The notes beneath the pieces were generated by a model. It worked only from the letters and a program-made list of their open reading frames with translations. It was not told the origin of the DNA and made no database searches. Of a stretch of 64,000 nucleotides of DNA, positions 40,201 to 51,900 are shown in pieces. The number at the start of each line of letters is the position of its first letter. The first letter of the stretch is position 1. The DNA comes from the human T2T-CHM13v2.0 reference genome, Homo sapiens. The stretch is taken from assembly GCF_009914755.1 (NCBI RefSeq), contig NC_060943.1; one strand, given 5' to 3'. The translations under genes were made by a program, and so were the position numbers.

Positions 40201-41509
40201 CCTTTCTTTTCATAGAGCAGTTAGGAAACACTCTGTTTGTAAAGTCTGCAAGTGGATATTCAGACCTCCTTGAGGCCTTTGTTGGAAACGGGATTTAATC
40301 ATATTCTGCTAGACAGAAGAATTCTCAGTAACTTCCTTTTGTTGTGTGTATTCAACTCACAGAGTTGAATGATCCTTTACACAGAGCAGACTTGAAACAC
40401 TCTTTTTGTGGAATTTGCAAGTGGAGATTTCAGCCGCTTTGAGTTCAATGGTAGAATAGGAAATATCTTCCTATAGAAACTAGACAGAATGATTCTCAGA
40501 AACTCCTTTGTGATGTGTGCGTTCAACTCACAGAGTTCAACCTTTCTTTTCATAGAGCAGTTGGGAAACACTCTGTTTGTAAAGTCTGCAAGTGGATATT
40601 CAGACATCCTTGAGGCTTTCGTTGGAAACGGGATTTCTTCATATTCTGCTAGAAAGAAGAATTCTCAGTAACTTCCTTGTGTTGTGTGTATTCAACTCAC
40701 AGAGTTGAATGATCCTTTACACAGAACAGTCTTGAAACACTCTTTTTGTGGAATTTGCAAGTGGAGATTTCAGCCCCTTTGAGGTCAATGGTAGAATAGG
40801 AAATACCTTCCTATAGAAACTAGACAGAATGATTCTCAGAAACTCCTTTGTGATGTGTGCGTTCAACTCACAGAGTTTAACCTTTCTTTTCATAGAGCAG
40901 TTAGGAAACACTCTGTTTGTAAAGTCTGCAAGTGGATATTCAGACATCTTTGAGGCTTTCATTGGAAATGGGATTTCTTCATATTCTGCTAGACAGAAGA
41001 ATTCTCAGAAACTTCGTTGTGTTGTGTGTTTTCAACTCACAGAGTTCAACGATCCTTTACACAGAGTAGACTTGAAACACTCTTTTTGTGGAATTGGCAG
41101 GGTGGAGATTTCAGCCGCTTTGAGGTCAATGGTAGAAAAGGAAATATCTTCGTATAAAAACTAGACAGAGTGATTCTCAGAAACTCCTTTGTGATGTCTG
41201 CGTTCAACTCACAGAGTTTAACCTTTCTTTTCATAGAGCAGTTAGGAAACACTCTGTTTGTAAAGTCTGCAAGTGGATATTCAGACCTCCTTGAGGCCTT
41301 CGTTGGAAACGGGATTTCTTCATATTCTGCTATACAAAAGAATTCTCAGAAACTTCCTTGTGTTGTGTGTATTCAACTCACAGAGTTGAACGATCCTTTA
41401 CACAGAGCAGACTTGAAACACTCTTTTTGTGGAAATTGCAAGTGGAGATTTCAGGCGCTTTGAGGTCAATGGTAGAAAAGGAAATATCTTCGTATAAAAA
41501 CTAGACAGA

Positions 41510-44500
41510 ATGATTCTCAGAAACTCCTTTGTGATGTGTGCGTTCAACTCACAGAGTTTAACCTTTCTTTTCATAGAGCAGTTAGGAAACACTCTGTTTG
41601 TAAAGTCTGCAAGTGGATATTCAGACCTCCTTGAGGCCTTCGTTGGAAACGGGATTTCTTCATATTATGCTAGACAGAAGAATTCTCAGTAACTTCCTTG
41701 TGTTGTGTGTATTCAACTCACAGAGTTGAACGATCCTTTACACAGAGCAGACTTGAAACACTCTTTTTGTGGAATTTGCAGGTGGAGATTTCAGCCGCTT
41801 TGTGTTCAATGGTAGAATAGGAAATATCTTCCTATAGAAACTAGACAGAATGATTCTCAGAAACTCCTTTGTGATGTGTGCGTTCAACTCACAGAGTTCA
41901 ACCTTTCTTTTCATAGAGCAGTTGGGAAACACTCTGTTTGTAAAGTCTGCAAGTGGATAATCAGACTTCTTTGAGGCCTTCGTTGGAAGCGGGATTTCTT
42001 CATATTCTGCTAGACAGAAGAATTCTCAGTAACTTCCTTGTGTTGTGTGTATTCAACTCACAGAGTTGAACGATCCTTTACACAGAGCAGACTTGAAACA
42101 CTCTTTTTGTGGAATTTGCAAGTGGAGATTTCAGCCGCTTTGAGGTCAATGGTAGAATAGGAAATATCTTCCTATAGAAACTAGACAGAATGATTCTCAG
42201 AAACTCCTTTGTGATGTGTGCGTTCAACTCACAGAGTTTAACCTTTCTTTTCATAGAGCAGTTAGGAAACACTCTGTTTGTAAAGTCTGCAAGTGGATAT
42301 TCAGACATCCTTGAGGCTTTCGTTGGAAACGGGATTTCTTCATATTCTGCTAGACAGAAGAATTCTCAGAAACTTCGTTGTGTTGTGTGTTTTCAACTCA
42401 CAGAGTTCAACGATCCTTTACACAGAGTAGACTTGAAACACTCTTTTTGTGGAATTGGCAGGGTGGAGATTTCAGCCGCTTTGAGGTCAATGGTAGAAAA
42501 GGAAATATCTTCGTATAAAAACTAGACAGAGTGATTCTCAGAAACTCCTTTGTGATGTCTGCGTTCAACTCACAGAGTTTAACCTTTCTTTTCATAGAGC
42601 AGTTAGGAAACACTCTGTTTGTAAAGTCTGCAAGTGGATATTCAGACCTCCTTGAGGCCTTCGTTGGAAACGGGATTTCTTCATATTCTGCTATACAGAA
42701 GAATTCTCAGAAACTTCCTTCTATTGTGTGTATTCAACTCACAGAGTTGAACGATCGTTTACACAGAGCAGACTAGAGACACTCTTTTTGTGGAATTTGT
42801 AAGTGGAGATTTCAGCCGCTTTGAGGTCAATGGTAGAATAGGAAATATCTTCCTATAGAAACTAGACAGAATGATTCTCAGAAACTCCTTTGTGATGTGT
42901 GCGTTCAACTCACAGAGTTTAACCTTTCTTTTCATAGAGCAGTTAGGAAACACTCTGTTTGTAAAGTCTGCAAGTGGATATTCAGACATCCTTGAGGCTT
43001 TCGTTGGAAGCGGGATTTCTTCATATTCTGCTAGAAAGAACAATTCTCAGTAACTTCCTTGTGTTATGTGTATTCAACTCACAGAGTTGAATGATCCTTT
43101 ACACAGAACAGTCTTGAAACACTCTTTTTGTGGAATTTGCAAGTGGAGATTTCAGCCGCTTTGAGGTCAATGGTAGAATAGGAAATATCTTCCTATAGAA
43201 ACTAGACAGAATGATTCTCAGAAACTCCTTTGTGATGTGTGCGTTCAACTCACAGAGTTTAACCTTTCTTTTCATAGAGCAGTTAGGAAACACTCTGTTT
43301 GTAAAGTCTGCAAGTGGATATTCAGACATCTTTGAGGCTTTCGTTGGAAACGGGATTTCTTCATATTCTGCTAGACAGAAGAATTCTCAGAAACTTCGTT
43401 GTGTTGTGTGTTTTCAACTGACAGAGTTCAACGATCCTTTACACAGAGTAGACTTGAAACACTCTTTTTGTGGAATTGGCAGGGTGGAGATTTCAGCCGC
43501 TTTGAGGTCAATGGTAGAAAAGGAAATATCTTCGTATAAAAACTAGACAGAGTGATTCTCAGAAACTCCTTTGTGATGTCTGCGTTCAACTCACGGAGTT
43601 TAACCTTTCTTTTCATAGAGCAGTTAGGAAACACTCTGTTTGTAAAGTCTGCAAGTGGATATTCAGACCTCTTTGAGGCCTTCTTTGGAAACGGGATTTC
43701 TTCATATTATGCTAGACAGAAGAATTCTCAGTAACTTCCTTGTGTTGTGTGTATTCAACTCACAGAGTTGAACGATCCTTTACACAGAGCAGACATGAAA
43801 CACTCTTTTTGTGGAATTTGCAAGTGGAGATTTCAGCCGCTTTGAGGTCAATGGTAGAAAAGGAAATATCTTCGTATAAAAACTAGACAGAATGATTCTC
43901 AGAAACTCCTTTGTGATGTGTGCGTTCAACTCACAGAGTTTAACCTTTCTTTTCATAGAGCAGTTAGGAAACACTCTGTTTGTAAAGTCTGCAAGTGGAT
44001 ATTCAGACCTCCTTGAGGCCTTCGTTGGAAACGGGATTTCTTCATATTATGCTAGACAGAAGAATTCTCAGTAACTTCCTTGTGTTGTGTGTATTCAACT
44101 CACAGAGTTGAACGATCCTTTACACAGAGCAGACTTGAAACACTCTTTTTGTGGAATTTGCAAGTGGAGATTTCAGCCGCTTTGAGTTCAATGGTAGAAT
44201 AGGAAATATCTTCCTATAGAAACTAGACAGAATGATTCTCAGAAACTCCTTTGTGATGTGTGCGTTCAACTCACAGAGTTCAACCTTTCTTTTCATAGAG
44301 CAGTTGGGAAACACTCTGTTTGTAAAGTCTGCAAGTGGATATTCAGACTTCTTTGAGGCCATCGTTGGAAGCGGGATTTCTTCATATTCTGCTAGACAGA
44401 AGAATTCTCAGTAACTTCCTTGTGTTGTGTGTATTCAACTCACAGAGTTGAACGATCCTTTACACAGAGCAGACTTGAAACACTCTTTTTGTGGAATTTG

Positions 44501-47500
44501 CAAGTGGAGATTTCAGCCGCTTTGAGGTCAATGGTAGAATAGGAAATATCTTCCTATAGAAACTAGACAGAATGATTCTCAGAAACTCCTTTGTGATGTG
44601 TGCGTTCAACTCACAGAGTTTAACCTTTCTTTTCATAGAGCAGTTAGGAAACACTCTGTTTGTAAAGTCTGCAAGTGGATATTCAGACCTCCTTGAGGCC
44701 TTCGTTGGAAACGGGATTTCTTCATATTATGCTACACAGAAGAATTCTCAGTAACTTCCTTGTGTTGTGTGTATTCAACTCACAGAGTTGAACGATCGTT
44801 TACACAGAGCAGACTTGAGACACTCTTTTTGTGGAATTTGTAATTGGAGATTTCAGCCGCTTTGAGGTCAACGGTAGAAAAGGAAATATCTTCATATAAA
44901 AACTAGACAGAATGATTCTCAGAAACTCCTTTGTGATGTGTGCGTTCAACTCACAGAGTTCAACCTTTCTTTTCATAGAGCAGTTGGGAAACACTCTGTT
45001 TGTAAAGTCTGCAAGTGGATATTCAGACTTCTTTGAGGCCTTCGTTGGAAGCGGGATTTCTTCATATTCTGCTAGACAGAAGAATTCTCAGTAACTTCCT
45101 TGTGTTGTGTGTATTCAACTCACAGAGTTGAACGATCCTTTACACAGAGCAGACTTGAAACACTCTTTTTGTGGAATTTGCAAGTGGAGATTTCAGCCGC
45201 TTTGAGGTCAATGGTAGAATAGGAAATATCTTCCTATAGAAACTAGACAGAATGATTCTCAGAAACTCCTTTGTGATGTGTGCGTTCAACTCACAGAGTT
45301 TAACCTTTCTTTTCATAGAGCAGTTAGGAAACACTCTGTTTGTAAAGTCTGCAAGTGGATATTCAGACCTCCTTGAGGCCTTCGTTGGAAACGGGATTTC
45401 TTCATATTATGCTAGACAGAAGAATTCTCAGTAACTTCCTTGTGTTGTGTGTATTCAACTCACAGAGTTGAACGATCCTTTACACAGAGCAGACTTGAAA
45501 CACTCTTTTTGTGGAATTTGCAGGTGGAGATTTCAGCCGCTTTGTGTTCAATGGTAGAATAGGAAATATCTTCCTATAGAAACTAGACAGAATGATTCTC
45601 AGAAACTCCTTTGTGATGTGTGCGTTCAACTCACAGAGTTCAACCTTTCTTTTCATAGAGCAGTTGGGAAACACTCTGTTTGTAAAGTCTGCAAGTGGAT
45701 AATCAGACTTCTTTGAGGCCTTCGTTGGAAGCGGGATTTCTTCATATTCTGCTAGACAGAAGAATTCTCAGTAACTTCCTTGTGTTGTGTGTATTCAACT
45801 CACAGAGTTGAACGATCCTTTACACAGAGCAGACTTGAAACACTCTTTTTGTGGAATTTGCAAGTGGAGATTTCAGCCGCTTTGAGGTCAATGGTAGAAT
45901 AGGAAATATCTTCCTATAGAAACTAGACAGAATGATTCTCAGAAACTCCTTTGTGATGTGTGCGTTCAACTCACAGAGTTTAACCTTTCTTTTCATAGAG
46001 CAGTTAGGAAACACTCTGTTTGTAAAGTCTGCAAGTGGATATTCAGACATCCTTGAGGCTTTCGTTGGAAACGGGATTTCTTCATATTCTGCTAGACAGA
46101 AGAATTCTCAGAAACTTCGTTGTGTTGTGTGTTTTCAACTCACAGAGTTCAACGATCCTTTACACAGAGTAGACTTGAAACACTCTTTTTGTGGAATTGG
46201 CAGGGTGGAGATTTCAGCCGCTTTGAGGTCAATGGTAGAAAAGGAAATATCTTCGTATAAAAACTAGACAGAGTGATTCTCAGAAACTCCTTTGTGATGT
46301 CTGCGTTCAACTCACAGAGTTTAACCTTTCTTTTCATAGAGCAGTTAGGAAACACTCTGTTTGTAAAGTCTGCAAGTGGATATTCAGACCTCCTTGAGGC
46401 CTTCGTTGGAAACGGGATTTCTTCATATTCTGCTATACAGAAGAATTCTCAGAAACTTCCTTCTATTGTGTGTATTCAACTCACAGAGTTGAACGATCGT
46501 TTACACAGAGCAGACTAGAGACACTCTTTTTGTGGAATTTGTAAGTGGAGATTTCAGCCGCTTTGAGGTCAATGGTAGAATAGGAAATATCTTCCTATAG
46601 AAACTAGACAGAATGATTCTCAGAAACTCCTTTGTGATGTGTGCGTTCAACTCACAGAGTTTAACCTTTCTTTTCATAGAGCAGTTAGGAAACACTCTGT
46701 TTGTAAAGTCTGCAAGTGGATATTCAGACATCCTTGAGGCTTTCGTTGGAAGCGGGATTTCTTCATATTCTGCTAGAAAGAACAATTCTCAGTAACTTCC
46801 TTGTGTTATGTGTATTCAACTCACAGAGTTGAATGATCCTTTACACAGAACAGTCTTGAAACACTCTTTTTGTGGAATTTGCAAGTGGAGATTTCAGCCG
46901 CTTTGAGGTCAATGGTAGAATAGGAAATATCTTCCTATAGAAACTAGACAGAATGATTCTCAGAAACTCCTTTGTGATGTGTGCGTTCAACTCACAGAGT
47001 TTAACCTTTCTTTTCATAGAGCAGTTAGGAAACACTCTGTTTGTAAAGTCTGCAAGTGGATATTCAGACATCTTTGAGGCTTTCGTTGGAAACGGGATTT
47101 CTTCATATTCTGCTAGACAGAAGAATTCTCAGAAACTTCGTTGTGTTGTGTGTTTTCAACTGACAGAGTTCAACGATCCTTTACACAGAGTAGACTTGAA
47201 ACACTCTTTTTGTGGAATTGGCAGGGTGGAGATTTCAGCCGCTTTGAGGTCAATGGTAGAAAAGGAAATATCTTCGTATAAAAACTAGACAGAGTGATTC
47301 TCAGAAACTCCTTTGTGATGTCTGCGTTCAACTCACGGAGTTTAACCTTTCTTTTCATAGAGCAGTTAGGAAACACTCTGTTTGTAAAGTCTGCAAGTGG
47401 ATATTCAGACCTCTTTGAGGCCTTCTTTGGAAACGGGATTTCTTCATATTATGCTAGACAGAAGAATTCTCAGTAACTTCCTTGTGTTGTGTGTATTCAA

Positions 47501-48993
47501 CTCACAGAGTTGAACGATCCTTTACACAGAGCAGACATGAAACACTCTTTTTGTGGAATTTGCAAGTGGAGATTTCAGCCGCTTTGAGGTCAATGGTAGA
47601 AAAGGAAATATCTTCGTATAAAAACTAGACAGAATGATTCTCAGAAACTCCTTTGTGATGTGTGCGTTCAACTCACAGAGTTTAACCTTTCTTTTCATAG
47701 AGCAGTTAGGAAACACTCTGTTTGTAAAGTCTGCAAGTGGATATTCAGACCTCCTTGAGGCCTTCGTTGGAAACGGGATTTCTTCATATTATGCTAGACA
47801 GAAGAATTCTCAGTAACTTCCTTGTGTTGTGTGTTTTCAACTCACAGAGTTGAACGATCCTTTACACAGAGCAGACTTGAAACACTCTTTTTGTGGAATT
47901 TGCAAGTGGAGATTTCAGCCGCTTTGAGTTCAATGGTAGAATAGGAAATATCTTCCTATAGAAACTAGACAGAATGATTCTCAGAAACTCCTTTGTGATG
48001 TGTGCGTTCAACTCACAGAGTTCAACCTTTCTTTTCATAGAGCAGTTGGGAAACACTCTGTTTGTAAAGTCTGCAAGTGGATATTCAGACTTCTTTGAGG
48101 CCATCGTTGGAAGCGGGATTTCTTCATATTCTGCTAGACAGAAGAATTCTCAGTAACTTCCTTGTGTTGTGTGTATTCAACTCACAGAGTTGAACGATCC
48201 TTTACACAGAGCAGACTTGAAACACTCTTTTTGTGGAATTTGCAAGTGGAGATTTCAGCCGCTTTGAGGTCAATGGTAGAATAGGAAATATCTTCCTATA
48301 GAAACTAGACAGAATGATTCTCAGAAACTCCTTTGTGATGTGTGCGTTCAACTCACAGAGTTTAACCTTTCTTTTCATAGAGCAGTTAGGAAACACTCTG
48401 TTTGTAAAGTCTGCAAGTGGATATTCAGACCTCCTTGAGGCCTTCGTTGGAAACGGGATTTCTTCATATTATGCTACACAGAAGAATTCTCAGTAACTTC
48501 CTTGTGTTGTGTGTATTCAACTCACAGAGTTGAACGATCGTTTACACAGAGCAGACTTGAGACACTCTTTTTGTGGAATTTGTAATTGGAGATTTCAGCC
48601 GCTTTGAGGTCAACGGTAGAAAAGGAAATATCTTCATATAAAAACTAGACAGAATGATTCTCAGAAACTCCTTTGTGATGTGTGCGTTCAACTCACAGAG
48701 TTCAACCTTTCTTTTCATAGAGCAGTTGGGAAACACTCTGTTTGTAAAGTCTGCAAGTGGATATTCAGACTTCTTTGAGGCCTTCGTTGGAAGCGGGATT
48801 TCTTCATATTCTGCTAGACAGAAGAATTCTCAGTAACTTCCTTGTGTTGTGTGTATTCAACTCACAGAGTTGAACGATCCTTTACACAGAGCAGACTTGA
48901 AACACTCTTTTTGTGGAATTTGCAAGTGGAGATTTCAGCCGCTTTGAGGTCAATGGTAGAATAGGAAATATCTTCCTATAGAAACTAGACAGA
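41510..48993 (+). repeat. 3742-bp (11-dimer) tandem duplication
   Basis: Marker pairs 41738/45480, 42871/46613, 43552/47294, 43780/47522, 44232/47974 and 44572/48314 are all at +3742. The match breaks at 41170 versus 44912 and at 45252 versus 48994. Confidence 0.92.
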
Positions 48994-51900
48994 ATGATTC
49001 TCAGAAACTCCTTTGTGATGTGTGCGTTCAACTCACAGAGTTTAACCTTTCTTTTCATAGAGCAGTTAGGAAACACTCTGTTTGTAAAGTCTGCAAGTGG
49101 ATATTCAGACATCTTTGAGGCTTTCGTTGGAAACGGGATTTCTTCATATTCTGCTAGACAGAAGAATTCTCAGAAACTTCGTTGTGTTGTGTGTTTTCAA
49201 CTCACAGAGTTCAACGATCCTTTACACAGAGTAGACTTGAAACACTCTTTTTGTGGAATTGGCAGGGTGGAGATTTCAGCCGCTTTGAGGTCAATGGTAG
49301 AAAAGGAAATATCTTCGTATAAAAACTAGACAGAGTGATTCTCAGAAACTCCTTTGTGATGTCTGCGTTCAACTCACAGAGTTTAACCTTTCTTTTCATA
49401 GAGCAGTTAGGAAACACTCTGTTTGTAAAGTCTGCAAGTGGATATTCAGACCTCCTTGAGGCCTTCGTTGGAAACGGGATTTCTTCATATTCTGCTATAC
49501 AGAAGAATTCTCAGAAACTTCCTTGTGTTGTGTGTATTCAACTCACACAGTTGAACGATCGTTTACACAGAGCAGACTTGAGACACTCTTTTTGTGGAAT
49601 TTGTAAGTGGAGATTTCAGCCGCTTTGAGGTCAATGGTAGAAAAGGAAATATCTTCATATAAAAACTAGACAGAATGATTCTGAGAAACTCCTTTGTGAT
49701 GGGTGCGTTCAACTCACAGAGTTTAACCTTTCTTTTAATAGAGCAGTTAGGAAACACTCTGTTTGTAAAGTCTGCAAGTGGATATTCAGACATCTTTGGG
49801 GCATTCGTTGGAAACGGGATTTCTTCATATTCTGCTAGACAGAAGAATTCTCAGAAACTTCGTTGTGTTGTGTGTTTTCAACTCACAGAGTTGAACGATC
49901 CTTTACACAGAGTAGACTTGAAACACTCCTTTTGTGGAATTTGCAAGTGGAGATTTCAGCCGCTTTGAGGTCAATGGTAGAAAAGGAAATATCTTCGTAT
50001 AAAAACTAGACAGAATGATTCTGAGAAACTCTTTTGTGATGTGTGCGTTCAACTCACAGAGTTTAACCTTTCTTTTCATAGAGCAGTTAGGAAACACTCT
50101 GTTTGTAAAGTCTGCAAGTGGATATTCAGACCTCCTTGAGGCCTTCGTTGGAAACGGGATTTCTTCATATTATGCTAGACAGAAGAATTCTCAGTAACTT
50201 CCTTGTGTTGTGTGTATTCAACTCACAGAGTTGAACGATCCTTTACACAGAGCAGACTTGAAACACTCTTTTTGTGAAATTTGCAAGTGGAGATTTCAGC
50301 CGCTTTGAGGTCAATGGTAGAATAGGAAATATCTTCCTATAGAAACTAGACAGAATGATTTTGAGAAACTCCTTTGTGATGTGTGCGTTCAACTCACAGA
50401 GTTTAACCTTTCTTTTCATAGAGCAGTTAGGAAACACTCTGTTTGTAAAGTCTGCAAGTGGATATTCAGACATCCTTGAGGCTTTTGTTGGAAACGGGAT
50501 TTCTTCATATTCTGCTAGAAAGAAGAATTCTCAGTAACTTCCTTGTGTTGTGTGTATTCAACTCACAGAGTTGAATGATCCTTTACACAGAACAGTCTTG
50601 AAACACTCTTTTTGTGGAATTTGCAAGTGGAGATTTCAGCCGCTTTGAGGTCAATGGTAGAATAGGAAATATCTTCCTATAGAAACTAGACAGAATGATT
50701 CTCAGAAACTCCTTTGTGATGTGTGCGTTCAACTCACAGAGTTTAACCTTTCTTTTCATAGAGCAGTTAGGAAACACTCTGTTTGTAAAGTCTGCAAGTG
50801 GATATTCAGACCTCCTTGAGGCCTTCGTTGGAAACGGGATTTCTTCATATTATGCTACACAGAAGAATTATCAGTAACTTCCTTGTGTTGTGTGTATTCA
50901 ACTCACAGAGTTGAACGATCGTTTACACAGAGCAGACTTGAGACACTCTTTTTGTGGAATTTGTAATTGGAGATTTCAGCCGCTTTGAGGTCAACGGTAG
51001 AAAAGGAAATATCTTCATATAAAAACTAGACAGAATGATTCTCAGAAACTCCTTTGTGATGTGTGCGTTCAACTCACAGAGTTCAACCTTTCTTTTCATA
51101 GAGCAGTTGGGAAACACTCTGTTTGTAAAGTCTGCAAGTGGATATTCAGACTTCTTTGAGGCCTTCGTTGGAAGCGGGATTTCTTCATATTCTGCTAGAC
51201 AGAAGAATTCTCAGTAACTTCCTTGTGTTGTGTGTATTCAACTCACAGAGTTGAACGATCCTTTACACAGAGCAGACTTGAAACACTCTTTTTGTGGAAT
51301 TTGCAAGTGGAGATTTCAGCCGCTTTGAGGTCAATGGTAGAATAGGAAATATCTTCCTATAGAAACTAGACAGAATGATTCTCAGAAACTCCTTTGTGAT
51401 GTGTGCGTTCAACTCACAGAGTTTAACCTTTCTTTTCATAGAGCAGTTAGGAAACACTCTGTTTGTAAAGTCTGCAAGTGGATATTCAGACATCTTTGAG
51501 GCTTTCGTTGGAAACGGGATTTCTTCATATTCTGCTAGACAGAAGAATTCTCAGAAACTTCGTTGTGTTGTGTGTTTTCAACTCACAGAGTTCAACGATC
51601 CTTTACACAGAGTAGACTTGAAACACTCTTTTTGTGGAATTGGCAGGGTGGAGATTTCAGCCGCTTTGAGGTCAATGGTAGAAAAGGAAATATCTTCGTA
51701 TAAAAACTAGACAGAGTGATTCTCAGAAACTCCTTTGTGATGTCTGCGTTCAACTCACAGAGTTTAACCTTTCTTTTCATAGAGCAGTTAGGAAACACTC
51801 TGTTTGTAAAGTCTGCAAGTGGATATTCAGACCTCCTTGAGGCCTTCGTTGGAAACGGGATTTCTTCATATTCTGCTATACAGAAGAATTCTCAGAAACT

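Noticed and set aside
24163-48993. 7484 = 2 x 3742, suggesting an 11-dimer periodicity
   Set aside because: The contents of the 7484-bp interval are not two 3742-bp copies. All offsets are near-multiples of 340, so such coincidences are expected.
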